This document shows positions 15,087 through 22,753 of a stretch of DNA of 64,000 nt, piece after piece. Positions within the stretch are counted from its first letter, which is position 1, and every line of letters starts with the position of its first letter. Position numbers and translations under genes: made by a program. The DNA comes from Verrucomicrobiia bacterium (GTDB lineage: Bacteria; Verrucomicrobiota; Verrucomicrobiia; Limisphaerales; DASXHY01). The notes under the pieces are model-generated. The model was not told the origin of the DNA. It made no database searches and saw only the letters and a list, made by a program, of their open reading frames with translations. The DNA lies in assembly GCA_035765675.1 (NCBI GenBank), contig DASTXC010000007.1:7696-71695 (forward strand), in the 5' to 3' direction.

Positions 15087-16883
15087 CTAATTATTCGCGT
15101 TCGGCTCGAAAGCCGCCAATTCTTTGAAGTGGTGGTATACTTTGCTTATCAGAAGTTTAATTTTATCAGCTCTGGTGCGAACATCCTTCAAGTCCCGCAG
15201 CAGAGTTAAATACTGGTATTCCAAAGGACTTTTCCGCCTTTGTATGACCACGGCGTTTTCTGGTGCGACCGGCGCGATTTCTCCACGCTCCGTCGCAAGA
15301 AAATCTCCGAGCCAAACAAACGGTTTCTTGGCTTCCATCAATAGCCTTTTGTCATGCAAGGTCTGGTGCGATCCCATGGTCGTTAGAATCTGCTTTTTGG
15401 TTCGAAAATCACCTTTGGCAAACTTCTCACAAGCCGATTCGGCAAACTCAAATACTTCCTGAGCCTGGCGTAATGCCTGTTCTGCACTGGCACGATCATT
15501 TCTTGGAAGGTTTTCCAAAGCTGCTTTTTCACCAAGCAATTCACGACGCTGCATTGCGTATTCCTCGTCAGAAAGCAAGCTGCCGTCCATATTCGCGGGC
15601 GACATTTTGAATCGGATCAGGTTTTCGAGTCGTTTCAGGCAATTTGCGTAGGCCTTTTCGTAAGATTGCTTGATGTGGTAATCGCTCGTTGCATCTTCAC
15701 GGTGGATTTCTTTCAGAAAGCTGAACGACCAGTCTTTGAACGTGCCTGAGATTTCGATGCGCCTCAATTGTGCCACGATCTGTTCTTCAAGTTTTGCAGC
15801 TTCGATGCCGGGTTGTGTGCATCCGCCTTTTCTCCGGGCACAATGGTAGTAAGTGTAATCGCGGAAAACCGGCTTCGTCATTTTCGCAATCGGCGTGCCG
15901 CATCGCGGGCACTTGTCATGTTTGTGATAGACAAACTTCAACCGGCAATTTGTGCAACGCAAATTGTGCTTTTCCTCTGCTGTCACCATTCCGCTACAAG
16001 CACCGCAACGAATGATGCCGGTGTATGGGAACGCAGTGTGTTTGCTGGCCCGAGGATTACCTTTCCGCCATAAAATCGCTTGCACCCGATCAAACTCTGC
16101 TTTGGTAATCATTGGCTCGTGCTTGCCCTCATACCAGTTTCCGCTGCGACGAGGGTATTCAAACCAGCCATAATAGAACGGATTATGGAAAATATGATAC
16201 AGGGCGCTCACGCTCAGAGGGCTGTCACCCTGCCTTTTCGTTCGGCGCGTTCGAAATCCCCATTGCTCATTCGCAATTTTCGCAATCTGCGGCGGCGTGT
16301 AGGTGCCAGTGAGCATCATCTGCCACATTTGTTTGATAAGGGGGAAACGGTCGGCGTCTTTGTAAAGGTCGCGCTCGCCGCGCAATTTTGTTTTGTCATT
16401 AAGATATCCCATGGGGGCGACGCCGGGATACCAGCCCATGCTCGCTTTCTTTCGCAATCCGCGCTCCACATCTATGCCCTTATTATCGTTTTCGAGCTTC
16501 GCCTGGCCGCAAAAGAGAATGATAAGAAATTTGTCAGCCGGAATGTTCTTGAATGTTTGGCTCGGAGTGCGAATTTCCATCAGCTTGTTTTGGTCCATAA
16601 GTTCCACCAGAGCCGCGGCATCGCCAGCGTTTCGTGAAAGGCGGTTCAAGTGCCAGCACAGAATTGCGTTGCCCTCACCTCGTTTAATTCGGCGCAGCAT
16701 GTCGTTGAAATTCTTACGAGTGCCCGACGTTTTTGCGGATGCTTCTTCTTCAATCTGACCCGCAATCCGGAGGTTATCCCGCGATACAATCGGGTGTAGT
16801 TCGTCCCGCTGTGATTCGTTCGAGATGATTTGTTTCTCGTCATCCTCCTCTGATTTGCGACAATATATGAAGTGGGTAAGCAT
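15087..16883 (-). CDS. large serine recombinase
   Basis: The N-terminal resolvase domain reads IYCRKSEEDDEKQIISNESQ. A recombinase domain follows, then a zinc ribbon (CGACSG..CTNC..CPRCG) and a C-terminal coiled coil. Confidence 0.9.
   Translation of the reverse strand: MLTHFIYCRKSEEDDEKQIISNESQRDELHPIVSRDNLRIAGQIEEEASAKTSGTRKNFNDMLRRIKRGEGNAILCWHLNRLSRNAGDAAALVELMDQNKLMEIRTPSQTFKNIPADKFLIILFCGQAKLENDNKGIDVERGLRKKASMGWYPGVAPMGYLNDKTKLRGERDLYKDADRFPLIKQMWQMMLTGTYTPPQIAKIANEQWGFRTRRTKRQGDSPLSVSALYHIFHNPFYYGWFEYPRRSGNWYEGKHEPMITKAEFDRVQAILWRKGNPRASKHTAFPYTGIIRCGACSGMVTAEEKHNLRCTNCRLKFVYHKHDKCPRCGTPIAKMTKPVFRDYTYYHCARRKGGCTQPGIEAAKLEEQIVAQLRRIEISGTFKDWSFSFLKEIHREDATSDYHIKQSYEKAYANCLKRLENLIRFKMSPANMDGSLLSDEEYAMQRRELLGEKAALENLPRNDRASAEQALRQAQEVFEFAESACEKFAKGDFRTKKQILTTMGSHQTLHDKRLLMEAKKPFVWLGDFLATERGEIAPVAPENAVVIQRRKSPLEYQYLTLLRDLKDVRTRADKIKLLISKVYHHFKELAAFEPNANN
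15172..15202. repeat. 31-nt perfect direct repeat, copy B (inside the recombinase 3' end)
   Basis: Identical to 12495-12525. It encodes LLRDLKDVRT in both copies. Confidence 0.85.
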
Positions 16884-16941
16884 AAATTATTTGAAGAAAA
16901 GCAACCGCCTTGGGGCCATCCTATCGTACCGGTAAAAACCG

Positions 16942-17082
16942 TCAATCGGGCGCGAGGAGGAGCTTCAAAAGTTTCAAGAGAGCAGCGCCCGTTTCTTGAG
17001 CTGCATCGTCGGAAATCTCTTCACCAAATTCCTTTTTATAGATGGCCTTAAATTCATCAATCGCTTTCTGGCTCAACCTCAT
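16942..17082 (-). CDS. 46-aa ORF immediately upstream of the recombinase (candidate accessory/directionality factor)
   Basis: It reads MRLSQKAIDEFKAIYKKEFGEEISDDAAQETGAALLKLLKLLLAPD and is below the ORF-track cutoff. It shows about 38 percent ungapped identity (by eye) to residues 8-50 of the 14604 protein. Confidence 0.5.
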   Translation of the reverse strand: MRLSQKAIDEFKAIYKKEFGEEISDDAAQETGAALLKLLKLLLAPD

Positions 17083-17154
17083 GGTTCCACTTTACCCGGA
17101 ATAACAACACTGGACAGGCATGGAAAGGTGGCGCCCAGGACAATCCCATGTCCT

Positions 17155-17183
17155 TTGACAGATAGGTGAATATATGTTCTAAT
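17155..17183 (+). promoter_or_regulatory. sigma70-like promoter candidate
   Basis: TTGACA (17155-17160), a 17-nt spacer, then tctaat (17178-17183). Confidence 0.3.
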
Positions 17184-17224
17184 AACCCCTCTCCCGCCGA
17201 CCGTAGTAGGCCGGTTTTTTTAGC

Positions 17225-17248
17225 AAAGTTGCCGCCAACGACAACTTT
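17225..17248. promoter_or_regulatory. palindrome aaagttg-N10-caacttt (candidate att site/right element boundary)
   Basis: 7-bp perfect arms. It shares CGACAAC.TTTA with 12538-12550 and with 1771-1783. Confidence 0.35.
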
Positions 17249-17321
17249 ACGGGCCTACAAGAAACTTCGCTATCCGATAGTGTGCATTCAAAGCCCATGT
17301 TGCTTTTTGTGCTGAACCACC

Positions 17322-17657
17322 ATGCCTTCGCCACAGCTTCCTCATCATTTGCGGGCCAATAGAAAGCGTCTGGCGCTGTCGCAGGACGATGTGGCCTTTC
17401 TGCTGGGCGCTACGGATGGCGCACAAGTCTCAAAGTATGAACACTTCGCCAGAGTGCCTACACTCGAAACCGCTCTCGCCTACGAAGTGATCATGAAACG
17501 GTCTGCGAGCGAGCTTTTCGGCGGACTGTATCGGAGTGCGGAGCAAAAGGTGGCTGACCGTGCACAGATTCTTCTCAAACGCATCAAACATTTGCCTGGA
17601 AAATATTCCACCGAAAAACGCCGAATGCTGGAAAACTTAGCCGACATCAGGAATTAA
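17322..17657 (+). CDS. XRE-family helix-turn-helix regulator
   Basis: LRANRKRLALSQDDVAFLLGATDGAQVSKYE is an HTH_3-like motif. Confidence 0.75.
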   Translation: MPSPQLPHHLRANRKRLALSQDDVAFLLGATDGAQVSKYEHFARVPTLETALAYEVIMKRSASELFGGLYRSAEQKVADRAQILLKRIKHLPGKYSTEKRRMLENLADIRN

Positions 17658-17663
17658 ACTTCC

Positions 17664-18179
17664 ATGAACAATAAGCCATTCAAAAACTCGCTTATTTTCG
17701 CAATTGCGCCTTCATTCTGGGGCGTCGGATTTGCAGTGGTTGAAAACGGAACTCTTGTGGATTGGGGCATGAAGGCGACCAAGGGCGACAAGAATTCAGC
17801 TGCGGTGGCGCAGATGGAAAAATTAATCGCGCAGTATAGACCTTCTGTGTTCGTCATGGAGGATGTGCATGGTCAGGACTCCCTGCGTTCAGAACGAATT
17901 CGTTCTCTCGCAAAGCGGCTTTGCGCCCTCGCTGAACAAGCAAAGATTAAAACAGCGGCTATGCCGCGACGGGAGATTCGGAAGATATTTTTTGCTGACG
18001 GACGAGGATCCAAAGACGCTTTGGCCGCTATGATCGGAGAACGGTTTTCCGAAGAACTTGGACGCATATTGCCTCCGAAGCGAAAAGCGTGGATGAACGA
18101 GCATTTCCGAATGCCGGTATTTGAAGCGGTAGCATCTGCATTGGCTTTTGAAAGCTTTAGAAGACAGCAGCTTCTATGA
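17664..18179 (+). CDS. RuvC/RNase-H-like fold protein with degenerate catalytic residues
   Basis: The pattern is IFAIAPSFWGVGFAVVENG..LIAQYRPSVFVMEDV..IKTAAMPRREIRK..FEAVASALA. It parallels the RuvC GIDPG..E..DAADA layout, but the first Asp is Ala. Confidence 0.4.
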   Translation: MNNKPFKNSLIFAIAPSFWGVGFAVVENGTLVDWGMKATKGDKNSAAVAQMEKLIAQYRPSVFVMEDVHGQDSLRSERIRSLAKRLCALAEQAKIKTAAMPRREIRKIFFADGRGSKDALAAMIGERFSEELGRILPPKRKAWMNEHFRMPVFEAVASALAFESFRRQQLL

Positions 18180-18303
18180 TTCGACGAGGGCTAAATTTGC
18201 GAGATATTAAAGCTGGTTTCGAGTTACGGGCACTGTCCCTAAACGACATGATGGCAGTGAAAGAAGCCCGTTTTAACCTCCAAACGGCAAAAGGTGAATA
18301 GTG

Positions 18304-18549
18304 TTACTTCTTCTTTTCCGCTCGGACCTTGGCCCAGCGAGAACGTGCGGCGGCGGCAATCTTTGCGCGGCCTGCGGCACTCATAGTGCGCTTTTTCGGA
18401 GTAGAAGCCGCTGGAGATGAGACCGAGCCGTGGCCGGCCAAACCGCCATTGCCAGAAAGTATGCGATCCAATTCATTCTGGAGGCTTTCGATCTTGTCCT
18501 GAATATCCGCTGCTTGTCTCAACTGTTTCGATGTTAATGGAGTCATCAT
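18304..18549 (-). CDS. small coiled-coil / basic C-terminal hypothetical protein
   Basis: 81 aa. The basic tail SAAGRAKIAAAARSRWAKVRAEKKK recurs in many small bacterial proteins. Confidence 0.45.
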   Translation of the reverse strand: MMTPLTSKQLRQAADIQDKIESLQNELDRILSGNGGLAGHGSVSSPAASTPKKRTMSAAGRAKIAAAARSRWAKVRAEKKK

Positions 18550-18678
18550 AATTAAGAGCCGAGTGATACCCTTGTTGAGAATGTATCCCGTGATTACATT
18601 TTATCAATCTCGAACCAGGGAGCAGCAACTCCGTCGAAGTTAATCGGATCAGGAGCCGCCGGATCGAAAGATAGAGAG

Positions 18679-19176
18679 TTAGATTTCAGAGATGGCGGCC
18701 CACAAAGGTTCAAATTCCTGATCTTCCAGTGCCAGAAGCCTGACTTTTGTTGATGAGTCGAGGTCAATTGCTTTTTCAAGCCAATTGAATGCCTCTTTAT
18801 GCCTTCCAAGTCGGCAAGTATAACGGGCCAAATGAAAAGGAATCAGGTAGTCATCGGGAAAACGATCTATAATCGACAGCAAAACATTTAAAGCATCTTC
18901 CGTTCGCTTCAACTGGTGCAAGGCGGCCGCCCAAGAGGTCCAATTGGAGGCTGTTCCGGGGTTCGAAACGCAAATAGCGCGGGCCACTTCAACAGCCAAA
19001 TCCCACTTTCCGGCAGCTTCATAGATTTTCAATCTGACACGCAACACTTCCGGATTCGCCCGCAATTTTGGCGTAATGGTATCCAGTTCATTATTAGCTT
19101 CATTCCAATCGCCCAGTTCCAACCAGCCTTCAGCCGCTTTGAGCCGAAAATTGTCAGCGGGATTTGGTAGAGGCAT
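18679..19176 (-). CDS. TPR-repeat protein
   Basis: Repeated W/A/Y/A/P helix-pair pattern (AEGWLELGDWNEA, YEAAGKWDLA, LARYTCRLGRHKEA). The start overlaps the PLD gene end by 23 nt. Confidence 0.7.
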   Translation of the reverse strand: MPLPNPADNFRLKAAEGWLELGDWNEANNELDTITPKLRANPEVLRVRLKIYEAAGKWDLAVEVARAICVSNPGTASNWTSWAAALHQLKRTEDALNVLLSIIDRFPDDYLIPFHLARYTCRLGRHKEAFNWLEKAIDLDSSTKVRLLALEDQEFEPLWAAISEI

Positions 19177-19678
19177 GGTCTGATCTTCCGGTGTAAACTG
19201 CCGAATGTTTTAGGTGTCCTTGCCAGTTGGTGAGGTAACGCTTGGCAAGATCGACATCATGCAGCACCAACAGGTTCTCCGCATTGCTTTCCTCGGCCGC
19301 TTTGGTGAAATTGAATGAACCCGTCAGAACGACATTATTGTCGATGATCATGACTTTGTTGTGAGCGATAGCATGGCGGGCGTCGATGAATGTTGCGATG
19401 CCGGCATTCCTCACGAAATCGGCCGAGGAATACCGCTGTGATTGTTGTGATTTGTCCAAAATCACTTGGACCTTCACCCCGCGCCGGTGCGCTTCGACCA
19501 GGGCTTTTGCGATGGGCGCACTGGTAAAGGAATATGCCTGAACGAGGACGTTGCTCTTTGCCTGATTCAGGTTTTCGACCACTGCCTCGGTGCAACCACC
19601 TTTGGGCGAGAAAAAGACCTGAACTTCCGCCGCGCGCAACGAAAAGGCGAAGAACAAAACCAACAGAACGTGTCGCAT
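19154..19678 (-). CDS. secreted phospholipase-D-family endonuclease (Nuc-like, single HKD)
   Basis: The signal peptide is MRHVLLVLFFAFSLRA. The HKD motif is HNKVMIIDNNVVLTGSFNFTKAAEESNAEN. Confidence 0.85.
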   Translation of the reverse strand: MRHVLLVLFFAFSLRAAEVQVFFSPKGGCTEAVVENLNQAKSNVLVQAYSFTSAPIAKALVEAHRRGVKVQVILDKSQQSQRYSSADFVRNAGIATFIDARHAIAHNKVMIIDNNVVLTGSFNFTKAAEESNAENLLVLHDVDLAKRYLTNWQGHLKHSAVYTGRSDHASTKSR

Positions 19679-19789
19679 GGAATCTGTTTAACAATTGCTC
19701 CATTCAAGCACCAGACTTTGTATTTGGTAAAGAATTGACTGCTTCGGAAATGCTGTGTAAATCAGAACGCGTTCAGCAAGGAAGTCCCG

Positions 19790-20701
19790 ATGAAAAAAGC
19801 ACATTATCTCGTCTGCCTCGTCTCCGCTCTTTTGGTCTATGCTTCTCAGTTATGGGCCGACGTCGTTATTTTGAACAACGGCAAAATTGTCGCAGGCGAA
19901 ATTCTACAGCATGACGATCAAGGAGTGTTGATTAAACTCGACTATGGCACCTTTCGTTATCCCGAGTCGTTGATAAAAGATGTGCGGAAGGAAGAAGACC
20001 CCGACGCTGTGGAATATGCAGGGACTAACGGCATTCCGCATTGGGGTGTGATTATTTCGCATCTGGCAAAGAGTTCCTGGGCACATGATTTGAAGCAAAT
20101 CCCTGCCACTGTGATCGACAGTGGGATTTTCAAGGATGTGCCGTATGTGTCCTTTCGTTGCGCGACCAGCGGGTATGAGGTCAACATCTATGGCGATCTT
20201 GATCGTCCGGCGGGTATTGAAATCGGCGCACTGAATTATCTGCTTCGTAACAACGCTGCCAAAAGCAATTGCATCGAATTTATTTCGAAAGTGCTCATGC
20301 GGACAGAAGATGCCCGAGTCGTTCAAGCGTTGAAATGGAATCAAAAGGAGCTGGTTGAGACGAACGGGATGACGTTTGAAATCACCTTGCCAAAAGAAGC
20401 AGATGCGTATGGAGGATGGTGGGTTTCGGTTTACGATCAGAAAGCATTGGAAAGCGCCAGAGCGTCAGGTCCCGAGTTGTTAGCCATCACTGAACCGAGA
20501 ACGCCACCACCCCGAACGATTCAACCGGTTCCTGTCGCTCGTCCTGTTACGTGGAGTTCAGAGGAAATTGCGATTTCAAGAATTCCAAGATATTCAGATT
20601 CCACAGGAAACACCGGAGGACGGGTGTTTGTTCGGGGTTATTATAGAAAAGACGGAACCTATGTTCATTCATATACCAGACGCTCGCCACGTCGTCATTA
20701 G
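19790..20701 (+). CDS. secreted hypothetical protein
   Basis: It has a signal peptide (MKKAHYLVCLVSALLVYASQLWA). The C-terminal motif is GYYRKDGTYVHSYTRRSP. Confidence 0.55.
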   Translation: MKKAHYLVCLVSALLVYASQLWADVVILNNGKIVAGEILQHDDQGVLIKLDYGTFRYPESLIKDVRKEEDPDAVEYAGTNGIPHWGVIISHLAKSSWAHDLKQIPATVIDSGIFKDVPYVSFRCATSGYEVNIYGDLDRPAGIEIGALNYLLRNNAAKSNCIEFISKVLMRTEDARVVQALKWNQKELVETNGMTFEITLPKEADAYGGWWVSVYDQKALESARASGPELLAITEPRTPPPRTIQPVPVARPVTWSSEEIAISRIPRYSDSTGNTGGRVFVRGYYRKDGTYVHSYTRRSPRRH

Positions 20702-21010
20702 ACCTTGATTTATGGCCTGCTTATTTGGCCCTTTGCAATCCGTGAGAAGCTTTTTAGAAGAGGCAAAATTTTAAAAATGATTTACCGGGCAGCGGACGTT
20801 TCTTCAGCGGGATTCTCCATCCCCACCTCCTCTGCGTCCCTGCCCGGAAGTTTTTGAGAAAATGCGCGACTAGCCATCAAAGGGGCATCTCTCCCCAATG
20901 ATTGATCTGACCGGTGTTCGAAGTATGGACTCGCGGAATCATTCGTGATATTCGATTAAAAAGCACTTCAAAGGCAGAGACGTTCTTTGTGCCATTACAA
21001 TTTCTGGCAG

Positions 21011-21892
21011 ATGAGAGACAACAGGTTCAATTTCGTGCGATGGCTTCCGCTTATCGGATCAATCTCCCTCACAGTATTGGTCGCCCTGATTTCGACGGTC
21101 ACCATCCGGGAACTGAAAGAGGCAACCGCCTGGCGCAAACACACGTTTGAAGTCATTTTAGAGGCCCAGGCCCTTGAAGACGGGCTGATTCATTCTCAAA
21201 GCCACATCCGGAGCTACGCACAAAAAGGAAATTCAAATTTTCTCATTCAGTATAAGAACGACACCAATTCAGAAGTTCAGGAACTTAAAAAACTCGCCGA
21301 GCTGACCAGTGATAATCCCGCACAGCAAAAACGGCTTCAAAGCCTGGATACTGCCATGAAAGCGGTATTTGATAACGACAGCCGCATCATCGGAGTTTAT
21401 GCCCGAAATGGGCCAGAAGCAGCGATGAAGCTTGAAGAAGAAGGACGAGGTGCGGTTGAGGAAGAAGTCGGTCGGCTGGAACAAATCAAAGCAGAAGAAA
21501 AACATCTTTTAGATAAACGAGACGCGGCAGAACAGGCGGACTTCCATCGTGCAGCCCGCGTGCTCACCATCGGCAGCATTGCCGCTGCGGTAATGTTGGT
21601 TTTGTCCAATTATTTTGTCGGGCGCGAAATGGCTGGCCGACGACGAGCCGAGATCAAACAACGAGAGCTGATAGAAGAACTTCAAAAAGCTCTTTCTGAG
21701 GTAAAAACCCTTTCCGGGCTTATCCCGATTTGTGGCTGGTGCAAGAAAGTCCGCTCAGACCAGGGTTATTGGCATACCGTTGAACATTATGTGAGCGCGC
21801 ACACGGATGCGAAATTCTCCCATGGGATGTGCCCCGAATGCGTCGAAAAGTGGAAAGCCGGTCTTTCCAGGCCCAAATCCTCAGCTGGCTAA
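21011..21892 (+). CDS. CHASE3-like membrane sensor with C-terminal Cys4/His motif
   Basis: An N-terminal TM is followed by a TAWRKHTFEVILEAQALE CHASE3-like helix and a second TM. The tail is IPICGWCKKVRSDQGYWHTVEHYVSAHTDAKFSHGMCPECVEKW. The start was chosen at 21011 and the longest ORF begins at 20987. Confidence 0.65.
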   Translation: MRDNRFNFVRWLPLIGSISLTVLVALISTVTIRELKEATAWRKHTFEVILEAQALEDGLIHSQSHIRSYAQKGNSNFLIQYKNDTNSEVQELKKLAELTSDNPAQQKRLQSLDTAMKAVFDNDSRIIGVYARNGPEAAMKLEEEGRGAVEEEVGRLEQIKAEEKHLLDKRDAAEQADFHRAARVLTIGSIAAAVMLVLSNYFVGREMAGRRRAEIKQRELIEELQKALSEVKTLSGLIPICGWCKKVRSDQGYWHTVEHYVSAHTDAKFSHGMCPECVEKWKAGLSRPKSSAG

Positions 21893-22344
21893 CTTATCGC
21901 AATCTGGGATCGAAATCGGTGATTTGACGGAATACCTGGAAACTCCTCAAAACCAGGATTCTCAGAATTAAACAGCAATGATATACGTCGTTTGTGATTG
22001 ATTTACAGGCGTTTACGGTTTTCAATTTAATCGTGAAAATGGTTCAAATCGAAGTTCCGCCGACGAATTTGAAAACCTTTATCAAGTTTCCTTTGTGGGA
22101 CTCCCCACAATCAGAGCGCTCGAGGATCGTCGCTTTAATGAGAAACGGATGCTCAATCGATTTGGAAAACCGTTCGTTCGCAGAAGTTCGAGTTCTCGAA
22201 CACGAGATACTTGAAAACAATTATCAAGTCCTCTTCATACCTGCCTCCAACAGCCCTAATCAGGCTCGATTTTTTCTGGTCAGCCAAAAATCTGAACCGA
22301 AGACCTGACAATTGGAGTCTATCCTCAGGCGGTTGAATTGGTGA

Positions 22345-22753
22345 TTAACACCTTGTGAAATTAAACTTTAGAAAAACGATCTTGGTATCGTTGGTCGAAG
22401 AATCACCAATTGTCCCTCTGCGGCTCTCACCAAGCAAACGACCGGGATATCCGGGATTATATCGGATTGGATCACGAAAACATCGCCTGTATGCTTCAGG
22501 CTGTTTGGCTGAGAATTTCGAGATGTAGTCGTTCTTCAGGCAATTCTCCAACTCCTGGGCCGCATCGAAACCGACCCAAAAGTCTTGTAACTCCCCAGAT
22601 GAAGCCATTTCTTTTATTTCTTCTGCCGTCTGTGAAAAGGGACTGTTTGGAGCCTGTTTTGAAAACGGCAAGAAAATGCCCCGACAGAAACTCTGTCGAG
22701 GCAGTGCTCCATGATTAAATTTCGTCCTGCTATCGGAACCAATTACCAACGCT
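22345..22753 (-). pseudogene. 3' half of an ORF split by the IS1182-family element
   Basis: Deleting 22754-24374 joins it in frame to 24375-24664 (..AVKVFS|ALVIGSDSRTKF..). Confidence 0.55.
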
